Below, in pieces: positions 1 through 11,386 of a stretch of DNA of 64,000 nt. Positions within the stretch are counted from its first letter, which is position 1. The number at the start of each line of letters is the position of its first letter. This DNA comes from Trichoplax adhaerens (taxonomy: Eukaryota > Animalia > Placozoa), in contig NW_002060952.1 of the NCBI RefSeq assembly GCF_000150275.1, forward strand, positions 2,351,128 through 2,415,127, read 5' to 3'. The position numbers were made by a program, and so were the translations under genes. The notes under the pieces were generated by a model, which saw only the letters and a list, made by a program, of their open reading frames with translations, did not search any database and had not been told where the DNA came from.

Positions 1-582
1 TTGATAGTTGGAGTCCGTCAAATCAATAGAAAATCCATCGAGTGCTTTTTTTCTGCATAGATTGAACAAGCTGGATCTAATTTAAATAGATAATCTATTG
101 TCTTATCTATGATTATCTAAATTCCAAACAAAAGAGTGATAGTGAAGATGCTGCTGGATTGTCTGCTGGAGATGGACCCAAACAGTCTTCAATCAATCAA
201 AAGGAAAAAAATAAGAATTAGTTTTATTATTGTCTGTACAGTCCATCATCGTAGTGCTGTTCAATCTATTAGCTACTTTTAACATCATTAATCTAGGCTG
301 TAGTCTTCGATTTAATCTTGAATTGGGCAATCATTAATGCCAACTGGTTATCAATTAATCATTATTCGCCATTGAATATTCATAGACTGTCAATGCGAGA
401 TTGCAATATCTTTCAACTTTGCGTCGATCAAGTACTGCTCAAGATAAGACGATCGATCAATGATTCAATTGCTTATCATTTGATAACGATGTGATAGAAT
501 TCACTATCGTTTCGTCTTGCGACAGATTTTATTCAATCAATTAATTATTATTCTTGGCCAGAAGAAATTTTATTACTTTCAA

Positions 583-872
583 ATGACTTATCCTTTCCAT
601 TTAGTAGTAAAGCAAGGGCGAGCCTACTTGAATATTAGATGGGTTACAATTATTCTTGTCTTTCTCCATCTTGCAATACAGACTGAATCGGCAACTTCTC
701 TTAAGACAGCACTATCTGATGTAAATGGAAAGTATAATCCAAAGGAGTCTCATCATCAGATTATTGGCCGGCAGTGTGATAGAAATAACCTGATCAACAA
801 ACATGTTACTACCTTACAAATGTTGCTTAAACATCACTACAATTATTTAAGATGGACTTCAATTGGAAAAAT
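583..872 (+). CDS. Probable first coding exon of the receptor (signal peptide and N-terminal region)
   Basis: ATG at 583 is followed by a hydrophobic signal-like stretch. The strong donor AT|GTAAGT at 872/873 (phase 2) matches the phase-2 acceptor at 5882, giving SIGKI-VLSDKELDCNC, an LxxLxLxxxxLxCxC pattern leading into the LRRCT. Confidence 0.72.
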
Positions 873-3800
873 GTAAGTTTATGACATAAAGTAAGAATTT
901 CTTCTAGTTACGAAATAAAATCTTTTCTAATCACCGTTATTCTCACAGTTTGATTACATTCGAATAATCGTTTCATCACTTTTTTCTCTAATAATTGCAG
1001 CAGTAAATTTTCGATTAAAGTCATCATTCTCTGATGAAATTTTCTAGAGTTTAGAGCTAGAGAAATGCGAGAATATAACTTTATGTTTTTGATTTATAAG
1101 ACTGGGCTAGTCATTTCTAATTGGCATTTAATATGAGTGCTAAATTACATCAATCGCTATAAAGGACTATTTCTCTTGTACTACTATCGTTACTGAGTCT
1201 AGATTTATTTACATTTTATCATCATTCATCATTCCAATAATTATAATTGTTATATAAAATTATGCCTAAAATCGTTCTAAGTTAGTCTTGACCGCTATGA
1301 TTATATTTTACATGTTTTTCTTAATCTTTCATGGGCAACTTTGATGCTTGTAGTAGATCTATTTCTACACTTATAGTCAAGCCTAATGTTGCTAGGAAAT
1401 ATTTAAATGTAAAAGTTGAATTTAATAGAACCAAGAAGCATGTTGTAATGATCTTAGTCATAGCATAAGTTACTCGTAGTTAACGATAACTAATTTCACA
1501 AAATCAGAATAAATTTTGGTATCATGGAACTTATATTATTCCCATTTAGTCGGAAGAATTACAAAAAGTATCGTGCTAAGTTGATCCAATTGATTCCATA
1601 ATTAGATCTACAATTTGTTTCTTGTCCATGTCAGACTGTCGATAAAACCTTTAGCCTCGACTAAAAGTATTTATGTCAATAAACTTTGGCCATAAAGTAT
1701 GCCTGACGATTTTCGGATATTTCAGCTATGAAAAATTTGAAGCAAATTATTTCTAGTCCAGTCCTTCTCATCTATAAAACAAACGTAGCAATAAAACTAT
1801 ATTCATCTGTTCATCCATTCATGACAACGAATCAATATTCAGATCATTCGCGATTGATAAACGTGTAAAAATTTATTTCATATCCTAAAGTTCCATTCTT
1901 GTTTGAACTCTTTATTGCTTGACAGGAAAACTGGTAAAAATTTTAACAAGTTTAAAAGTTCCTTCACGAACATAAAAGTTATCTCACGCTTTTCTTTTTA
2001 TGAACTGTAGAAGGTTCTATTTCAACTATCTTTTATAGGCGATAAATATTATTATCGATATTTATAATATTTCTGGATAGCCAATTGTGAAATTCTGACA
2101 AGAGGAAAATCCTCATAAAATAGATTTGCACTCATTGCGTTTTGATAATAAATCATAACAAATGTTGATTTATTAGTTTTGCTTTCGTAAAATCTCATTT
2201 TCTTTTTTCGTCATATTTCTTAATTGATCACTATCGAAAATGTATTAATTTCAGGCAGTCTAGCGTTTATATAGAAAGACTAGTACACTCCAACTATTTT
2301 CAGAAGCCTGTACGCGATTTTTGAAAATTTCGAATAGGATGTTGAAAGATAGATTATAACCTTCATTACACGTCGACCTCATCACTTGACCACAGATCAT
2401 CGCCTATATCCTTATATTCATTCATAATCATCAGACCGGCCTTCACTATTAATAAGCAGAATAAAACATTATAGAAACTAATGTTATATTTTAACCGGAA
2501 AGTTAATTTTTAAAATTATTTCAATTTGGAAACAATAATAATTGAAGATTCGAAATGGGATGTTCAAGGGTAGGCTAGAACCTTTATTACTCATCGATTT
2601 CATCACTTGACTACCAACAACATTAATCCTATATTATACAGATAAGGATATAATCCATTGTTACTCTCATAACATAACATTAGGTATATTTCCAAGATTG
2701 TTAACTAGACGATAGCGATATGTAAATTAATGTCAGGATGTAGTAGCAAAGTCAATTCTCAAAAAAACTATTAAACAGAATAGAGCGTTATATAAATTAA
2801 TAGTACATTGTAGTCGCAAAGTTAATTTTAAAGTTCTTTCAACTTGGAAATCATAAGAAAAGATTCTAAATAGGATACTCAAGGGTAGACTAGAACCTTT
2901 ATTACTGGAGGATTTCATAACTAGACTACCGACAGCGTTAATATCTATATCGTAGGGTTAAGTATACAGTCCACGATCGTTCGCAAATATAACTTTTATA
3001 ACATCAGGTTATTCCCAAGTATACCAACTAGATGATAGCGATATATAACTTGATGGTGAGACGTAGTAAAGCCAATTTTAAAAAAAAGTTATATTTCTGG
3101 ATAGAAATGTATGGAATTTAAGCGTTTATATTTATCATTCACGGATCATGTCTGAAGTAACTAGAACAATTATCATAAAAACTTCGTTAGGAAAATGATG
3201 TTACAGTAACATTGTTTGCCCTTACTATAAAGTTCGAAGTAGTATAATTTGAACCCAAAAATAGCTTTTAAATGTACTGCTACAGTAATGACTTCTTACT
3301 TTTTGGATATGTACTGCCAAGCTTATTATTTCCTATTAAATCAACCTTTGTGATCTTAAATAAGATTCATTAGAGTAGAATTGGTTGGAACTCGTACCGT
3401 CTATCCCTGTATTTGAAGCAAAATAAAGCAATCTCTTCTAATAGTTAAAACTTGAACTTATAACCGCCTATTATCTTTATGAGTCATGGTAGTAAGAAAT
3501 AGCAAACCGTATGGAGAATGTTTTTTTCCCTTAACAGTTCAACGCGATCATCTTTGACATTTATTATTATTCTAAGAATTAAAATAAGCTCCTAACCCGA
3601 TAGCGACAATTTTCTTTGCCAAAAGGCGAACTAAAGATCACAGCATGTTGTTCTTTAAAACTATAAAGTCTTTTTTATCACTATATTGCAAGATCCCGCT
3701 TGTGATTATTATTGATTGCTAGATGCATTATGAAAAAAATCCCAAGTCTTTTATTTTAACTTAAGATTAACCAGAAACTGAGAGAAGACAGAATTTATGA

Positions 3801-6800
3801 TTAGTAATTCAGAATACAAAATACATTAACGCTGGCTCGATTTCATAGCGGTTTGATTAGATGAATCCGTTTTCATAGTTCTATTTATAATTTATAATGA
3901 ATTTATGATATATAGCCAATTCAATAGGACTGACATAAGAAAAGCACAAAAAATAGTAAGGTATTACTCCCTCCGATGGATATTTAAATACAAGATATTA
4001 CGTAACATATCCTTGAAATCCATAAATTGAATTCTATTAAAGCTAACAGATGTCCGAACTCATTAGTCGCTTTTGCTAAAGAAATGACTAAATTATATCA
4101 ACATTATCCCTCGGATTGAATAGCAATTAAGTAGTAGTATTCTACCATAGCATTCGAATAATGCTATGCATCTTTATTTTATTTCATAAATTTTAATATT
4201 ATGTTTTCCGTCTATTCAAAGCTGAATATCACAGTTCATAAGGAATCCTAAGTAAAAATTTTACGAGTTCTATTTGATTTTGACCGTTATGGCTTAGTAA
4301 ATTAGAAATAATCGTTTTAAAGCAATTCTCGTAAACAAAAACAGTTTCGTTACTATAGCCATTTATGTTCAAAAATCTCTAGAAAGGACATCTAAATAAT
4401 ATTGATGGCCTTTAATATTAATTTATATGCAGTCGTTAGATCTAAATCAGAATTACAACAATCATAATAAACAGATCATTACTCTCCATTCCATGAAATA
4501 TTAATTTTATTTTCCGGGAAATGAATCAGAACCTTGTAACATATAAAGAATTATAAATCTCTTTCTATTCGTTTCCGATCGATATTGACTAATTAATGCA
4601 AAAAGTCTTCATTAAATTAGCCATTGATACACAGATTATCTTCAAATAATATAATACTACCGATGGCTATTCATTCATGTATTATTAATTTTCTAAATCG
4701 ATAGATTCAAATCAGAATAGTAGCAACTACATGTAATATTCCGATGTTCACTTTCATCGCTATTCCATTTATGATATATTATTAACGTTAACTTCACGAA
4801 AATCAATCAGAGTATTCAAATGCACAGAGAATGGTCAGGTTGATTCTATTCGATTCCGATCATTATTAACTAATTGATTTAAAAAGTGTTCAATAATTTA
4901 ACTAATCATAACTAGAAAACTTTGGATAGTGCGAAACTATCGTTGGTCATCCATTTTAAGTAAATTAATTTTCTAACTTGATAAATCCAAACCAGAATAG
5001 AAATAATTATAGTAATTCGATACTGTTATCCGTTGCTATCCGCTCCGTGAAATATTATTAGCTCTAAAGCCTTGCATATGAATGTCACGGTACGCCGTTA
5101 CTAATTAAGTAACTGTAAATTAATGAATGCTTATGAATAGATAAGATAAGGTTATGTGCTATGTTTTAATGCGCTTGTAGCTGATAATAGGATGGTAGAA
5201 ATGAGATAAAAATAGAAGTTGTTAGCAGTTAATTTACTGTAGGTTTATAAGTTGTGTTAATCTCTAAAAATTGAGCTGTATATGGACGAAGGTTAAGCGT
5301 CTTAACACCTGATAGCTTGTAGCTATCTAAGTCTGAGAATATCGACATGTATATTTAGTAATGGTATTATACTAATTAATGTAACTTGTAAAGCATGAAT
5401 TCTCACTCGTTAATATTGGAATTCACTGTAGAAACCTATTTAAGCGCGTGTGTTTGTAGAATAAAGAAAGTAATTGCTCAAGAAACGGCAAGACTCATAT
5501 CGTGAAGAATAGTGTAATAATTAGTCAGTTGTCTGTGGAGATCAGCCGAGAAATCGAGTTCTCAAATACTTCTCTCATAGAAACTGAAAGTACTGGGAGA
5601 AATAGCCCAAGTTTTAAGTAACTACACTAGAGTTCTTTACTTTCCTTTGCCACAAGTGAGGGTTGTGACAATGANNNNNNNNNNNNNNNNNNNNNNNNNN
5701 NNNNNNNNNNNNNNNNNNNNNNNNTATTATAAGCTGTTGAATTGCTAACGTAGTCCTTTTCTTAAAGTCTAGTAAAATTCTACGCTATACGACTTTATTA
5801 ATTATATCAATAGACAAATATTTATTATTGTTGATTATTTGACGATGTATTAATTTTCAATTTTGATAAATTCAAATTTAGAGTACTATCAGATAAAGAA
5901 TTAGACTGCAACTGCCAAGCTCAGCAATTTATCCAATGGGCTCGATCAAACTGTATTGAAGTTATAGCTACATGTTCTCGACCATATCATCTAAAAGGCA
6001 GTCCTGTCAGAATTTTGTATGATCAAGATCTCGGCTGTGCAGGTAAATAAGTTAAAATAGAGCTGAAATAGTTTTATCAAGAAATTTCATATTGCAGTTG
6101 TAACACATTTTGGGCTAGAAGTTGCAAAAAGCTTGGAGTCAATCTCTTGCCTTCGCATTAATTTATTATTACTATCGTGTGAGATATCAGCTATACCTTG
6201 CAGCCTTAAAATCATTCATGCATATAGGCTTACTGTAAGAACTATATGACTAGTAGACTTTTATATAAACCATGAAAATAAGATTATCTTCTAATATATT
6301 GCTATATTCATGAAATTCTTAAGTCGCAATAAGACTTTTTTTACTTTATTTTACAATTAAGCAGAAACAAAGCAAGGAGAAAGTAGATCTCGAAGAAAAA
6401 GATCTCCAGACGACCTTTCATATGCCTCCTCAGGTATTCAAATTGATTAAGTTAATTTAACTAATAATAACACGGGCTATTTTGGCTTCCAATCTGATAG
6501 ATAGATTTTACTTTTATACCTGATGAAAGCTATTTTACTTTTCAAGATGATAATCTTGATTGTAAATAGTGTAGATTATAACAACCAAAAAGGTATAAAA
6601 TAAAATAATTTTCGACCACTTTTGTCGTTTATTTCTTTCCTATTTTAGCTAAGCCTAAGCCTACAATCGAGTGTAATTTTCAAGTTGATTTATGTGGTTG
6701 GAAACAGTTGCAGAATATTGACTACTACGATTATATTTATGGTACTTGGAAGTCATCTAACACTAGAAATACTAGCCAAACCTATATTGCAGATCATACA

Positions 6801-9800
6801 ACACGAACTGGTAAACTTATGTAGATAAGATAATTCTTCTATGATAAGCAATCATAATGCTGGTTATAATTTTAGAAATTATTTCTAACGGCACTGAAAT
6901 AGACTTTCATTTAGTATATTTATAAAATCTTATCCTGCACTTGAGTCTCTACATGGTGCTGTGCCAATGCTCACTTTACGCAGTATAACGTTCTTTCTAC
7001 CTAAAAATAGAACTTGAAGCTTCTTTATCAATTCAATAGTATTTGCAGATACTTATCATAATATATGTTATATAATTTAAATTATACAAGATGTGTTTGT
7101 TAGTACAGTAATATCCCCATACAAATAAAATTTCATTTTGTCGAAACAGAAAATGAAATTAAGCCATCAATTCAGAAATATTATAAATAATTAATTCTAT
7201 CTACTTAAAATGATGTGATATTAATATCCGTCTCATAAAAAAATTTTCTTGCCTACAAAATAGAAGATGGAAGCTATTTATATTTGGAATCCGATCATAA
7301 ACAAGCAAACTATTATGCCGATTTATTAAGCCCCTTGATGATTTTGCCAGTAAACATAACCAACGTTGTTGTAAGTTCTTTATTTTTCACATTATAATTT
7401 CATTTAGATATCGAATCAAGATTTACTGTAGCATCTTTGTGTTTACTCACCTCAACAACCGCAAAAAGATAAAGTTAAATAATAGAATACATATCTGAAA
7501 TGAATGATATCAGTTCCGCTGAGAGATCTAAACTAAATAACTCTTATTTTGTAGCTTGAATTCTATAGTTATGATTACGGAAATGAATCTGGCAACATAG
7601 AAATCTGGTTAACTTATCCACAATATGACTCCAAACCACAATTAAAAGCCCGAATGAATTCAAATCCTATAGCAAATACCGTATCTGAGTGGCATTTCCA
7701 TCGTCTCCATATCATTCCACAGCATCCTCAATACCAGGTGAGATTCAAGATCTAAGTACTGCAACTGTAGAAGAATCAACATCCCTGATAATAAATATCC
7801 AGGATCAATTAATTCTTGAATAATTCCATCAACATATAGATTATCCTCAGAACGCTATTTACCAATACATCCACCAGCAATAACGTTATTGCTATTGATG
7901 ATGTCAAGGTTTATCCAGAAGGTAATCGATCATCTTTAATATAAATTACCCTTGTTAACTCTTCACTGAAAAGATTCCACTTTGCATTCTACATGTCAAT
8001 AATAATTATTGATTTAATTTATTTGGGGTAGAAATTAGCTGCTATACTGGTAATGGTAGCTTTTATATCGGTAGCCAAAGTGAAAGTGAAGATGGATTAG
8101 CTTGTCAAGATTGGCTAGATCAACATCCGCATAGCCACAGCTTCATTCCTACATCTTATAGGCGATACCGATATAATTTAGATTACAACCGTTGTCGTAA
8201 TCCTGATTTAATCAATCGAAATAGGCCATGGTGTTTAACGACCAATTCTAGTATTCAATGGCAATATTGTGATATCCCAAGGTGTTCAATGCCATCTCAA
8301 GAAATACTAACCGATATATTAGCTAATAAAAGTAAGTATGACGGACTACAAATCTGCAATACTTTGTAATTGTGATACCTTATAAACCCAATGATAGAAA
8401 TTCATATAATCGTATTTACAATTTTACCATTTTGTCCTGCTAGCTACTCCTCCGATCTATCTACTCCCGACATTTCAAAATTATAGTCGTGTTGCAATCT
8501 ATCACAAGGGTCGATGGGGAACAATATGCAATAGAAATATTAGCCAACAGCATGCAGATAATGTAGCATCAGTCATTTGTCGCCAGCTGGGCATTTTCAA
8601 TTATGGTCGAGCTGTAGGTAAGATTTCTACTCCACCCGAATCTGCTAAGTTAAATAAAATGCTGCATCACCTATAATAAAGCAAGAGAATTTTATTCTCT
8701 TATTCTGCATTACTAAGTGAAAAAGTCACAAACGATGCACACCAAAACTTTATAAATATCTCATTTCCTACGAGGTTGACTTATATGTCAAATTTCTATA
8801 GTGTAAAATCGTAAGAAAATAGCCCCTAAAATGTAATTTAATCAGTTTCAGCCGCAAAATCACGAAAATTAATCTGGAACATATAGTCAAATCATCCATT
8901 TCCTCTAATAGACAGTTCTTATTATACCATTTCATAGCTTAGCATTATGATAGTATTTTAATTACTGCTATACTGCAGTTGTAGATCAGATCCTTATTTG
9001 TACCTCTGTTTTAAGATTAATCTTTAATATTAAATCGATCTATCTACTTGTTTATTAATATAGTGACACCGTCTAATGCCAAAGGCAGCGACGTTATATG
9101 GTTAAATATTGACGATATCCATTGTCAAGGACATGAAACCAATTTGACCCAATGTCTGATCTCTCAGTGGAATTCTTATAACCCTAGCAGTAATAAAACG
9201 AATAATCAGCCGCTGGATACTTTCGGCAGCTGTACTCATAATTATGATCTAAGTATTATGTGCTATTACTCATCTACACCTTATATAACTACGCCAACAC
9301 CTACAAACGCAACTGTTTCACCGACAACATCCACGCTCTATCTTACACCCAATAACGTTAGTCTTGGTGCAGGCCATTCCATTAATCAAGGCTATGTACG
9401 TGTTCTATCCTATCATCATGGAATACGTCCTGTTGGTGGTATAATTTGCGTCAATCGATGGACCATGCACGAAGCAGATGTAGTCTGTCGTCAATTAGGT
9501 TTTGCAGGCGCAATTTCAGCTACAGGTGGGTGATAGTCTTTTAAATACAACATCAGTTTGATGATATATAGAGGAGGTTTAGATAGTATAGGCAGGTACA
9601 AGAAACATTTTAGACTTGAAGGGTTAAAGAGTTTCACCATTATAATATTTCCGTTTTGTAAGCAGGATCATTCACAGTCCAATCAAGAACTAATCACACA
9701 CCTTGGAATATTTGGTTATCTAATGTTACCTGTAATGGATATGAAACTAAATTAACTGATTGCTGGTATGAAGCCTATGTCAATAATCCGGTCGTTGCAA

Positions 9801-11386
9801 CTTGTCATCGTCGTCAAATTGCTTCCGTTGTCTGTCAAAATAAATCAGCTGGTATTTTATAGCAAAACTTAACCATTATTTATATGATATATAGCTTGAT
9901 TATTTCTTTATATGAAATGATTATACTCTTTTTGTTGTAGCATTTACGCTATAATAAATCAATAATTTTTTTTATCCATTTCAAGTTAATCAAAGTGCTA
10001 CCAGTTGTTCATTTGATAATGGTCTGTGTCGATGGAAGGTTAAATCAGGTTCTGGTAACTTACATTGGATTTGGCATAACTCTGGGAGAGAACATTTTAA
10101 ACCGCTACCATCGACGCCAGGTTAATCAATCGTATCTATGAAATTTTAGACATTCATCTTGATATTATAGTAATTATTACACACAAAAATTCAGCTTCGG
10201 CATCTAATTCGTTGGTACCTTTCTATTATTTCTAGATGAAAGCTATCTGTATGTTCTTAAACCTCCTAATGATGATAGGCAAAGTAAAGCAATCTTTGAA
10301 AGTCCTATCCTACAGACCCAAGATATTTATACTGTCAATGTCAGTTTAAAAATTTTGTCTATCATCGTAATACTTTTTGATCTGCTCTATCATGGTATAG
10401 ATTAATGATAGTAATGGATTTTACTGTTTTTACTTTCCAGCTGCAATTCGATCTAAGATTTGAGGGAATTCTAATTGATACACTAGCAATTGAACTAGTC
10501 GATGGTCGCTTAGGTCCACGGCAAGTTTATACCACATCGCCGGGTAATGTGCCTCAGCGAGCATGGATCTCAAAGACAGTTAAGCTAAATCCAGCATCAT
10601 CTTCTTACCAGGTTAATATGACATTATAACATATCAGAAATACATAGAATAGAAGCTATCCTTTTCCTACCATAACTATTGAAATATTAATCTTAATTCG
10701 CCCTAAATATAAGCTTCGTCATATATTTAAATTAATCGTCATTATAAATTATTTTCTCTTTTAAAACTTGTAGATTCGCTTTATTGCTTATTCGAATGTG
10801 AAATTAAGATCACCATCTCTTAGTGTCATTGCCATTGATAACATTGTGATTACAGGTTAAAAGATACGAACAGAAACTAAACATCACTGTTGACAGCTTA
10901 TCCTCACATATAGATAATATAGCTATAAATTGGCTTAACTAATTATTAAAACTAATTTATAACTATTTTAGATGAATTTAGCCAATCAATTATCGCCGGT
11001 ATTGGTGCTGGAACGGCTGGGGCTTTGTTAATAGTTACTCTAGCTCTAATCTTGTATGCGGTTTATCGGTCACACGTAAGAAGAAAACAATATGAAGAAG
11101 AAATTAAGATAGAAAATGAGATTAAAGAAATTGCCATAGGTACTCCCTTTGGTGGTGGTAAGTTCATACAACTTTTGCAATTAGGCTATAGCTTTAAATT
11201 GAAACTTGATGAACTATTAAACCATTTTATCTGTTCTATATATCATCCAGTCCTTATATCTTTAATTAATAAGACATTATACCTGATTGAGAATAAAAGA
11301 CTCATTTTCCATATCGCTTTACTTTTATAGGTAGTAATCGAGAAAGATTCAATTCAAACGATTACATGGCTTCGACAAATGTCTAA
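583..11386 (+). CDS. Multi-exon type-I transmembrane receptor: signal peptide, LRR/LRRCT, furin site, MAM, kringle, 2x SRCR (group A), MAM, TM, PDZ-binding tail
   Basis: Hand-built exon chain with GT-AG sites and consistent phases: 583-872, 5882-6042, 6365-6433, 6649-6810, 7264-7370, 7555-7737, 7840-7921, 8032-8331, 8444-8617, 9064-9525, 9666-9851, 9986-10120, 10236-10339, 10441-10611, 10774-10855, 10972-11157, 11331-11386 (TAA), with AATAAA at 11391. Motifs: signal WVTIILVFLHLAIQTESA; LRRCT LDCNCQAQQFIQWARS...CSRPYHLKG...LGC; MAM CNFQVDLCGW...DHTTRT..GSYLYLES...IAIDDVKV; kringle CYTGNG...CQDW...CRNPD...PWC...WQYCDIPRC; SRCR WGTIC...VICRQLG...IWL..IHCQGHETNLTQC; TM IIAGIGAGTAGALLIVTLALILYAVY. 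Confidence 0.9.
2375..3110. repeat. Degenerate tandem duplication, ~315-320 bp period
   Basis: AAGGGTAG(G/A)CTAGAACCTTTATTACT at ~2566 and 2881; GTTAATTTTTAAA at 2502 and 2821; TCAT(C/A)ACT(T/A)GAC at ~2379, ~2600 and ~2916. Confidence 0.8.
4540..5065. repeat. Degenerate direct duplication, ~280 bp period
   Basis: TTCTATTCG(T/A)TTCCGATC at ~4563 and ~4844; ATTAATTTTCTAA...GATA(G/A)AT(T/C)CAAA(T/C)CAGAATAG is repeated. Confidence 0.8.
5083..5670 (+). mobile_element. Solo LTR of an LTR retrotransposon (588 bp) in intron 1 of the receptor gene
   Basis: Begins TGTCAC and ends GTGACA (6-bp terminal inverted repeat, TG...CA). Left flank is ATGAA (5078-5082) and right flank is ATGA followed by N (5671-5674), i.e. 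a 5-bp TSD with 4 bases visible. TATTTAAG at 5437, AATAAA at 5460, and an internal direct repeat TACTAATTAA(T)GTAACT(T)GTAAA at ~5099 and ~5370. No PBS (TGG) follows the CA. Confidence 0.85.
5675..5724. other. Assembly gap (50 N)
   Basis: Run of 50 N directly after the LTR right flank. Confidence 1.
8032..8331 (+). CDS. Kringle-domain exon of the receptor
   Basis: EISCYTGNGSFYIGSQSESEDGLACQDWLDQHPHSHSF...NRCRNPDLINRNRPWCLTTNSSIQWQYCDIPRC has all six kringle cysteines; phase 1-1 exon. Not in the ORF track because it has no start codon. Confidence 0.95.
8444..9851 (+). CDS. Two group-A SRCR domains separated by a Pro/Thr/Ser-rich linker (three exons)
   Basis: Six Cys in each domain; CRQLG motifs; IWLNIDDIHCQGHETNLTQC and IWLSNVTCNGYETKLTDC; linker SSTPYITTPTPTNATVSPTTST. 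Confidence 0.93.
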
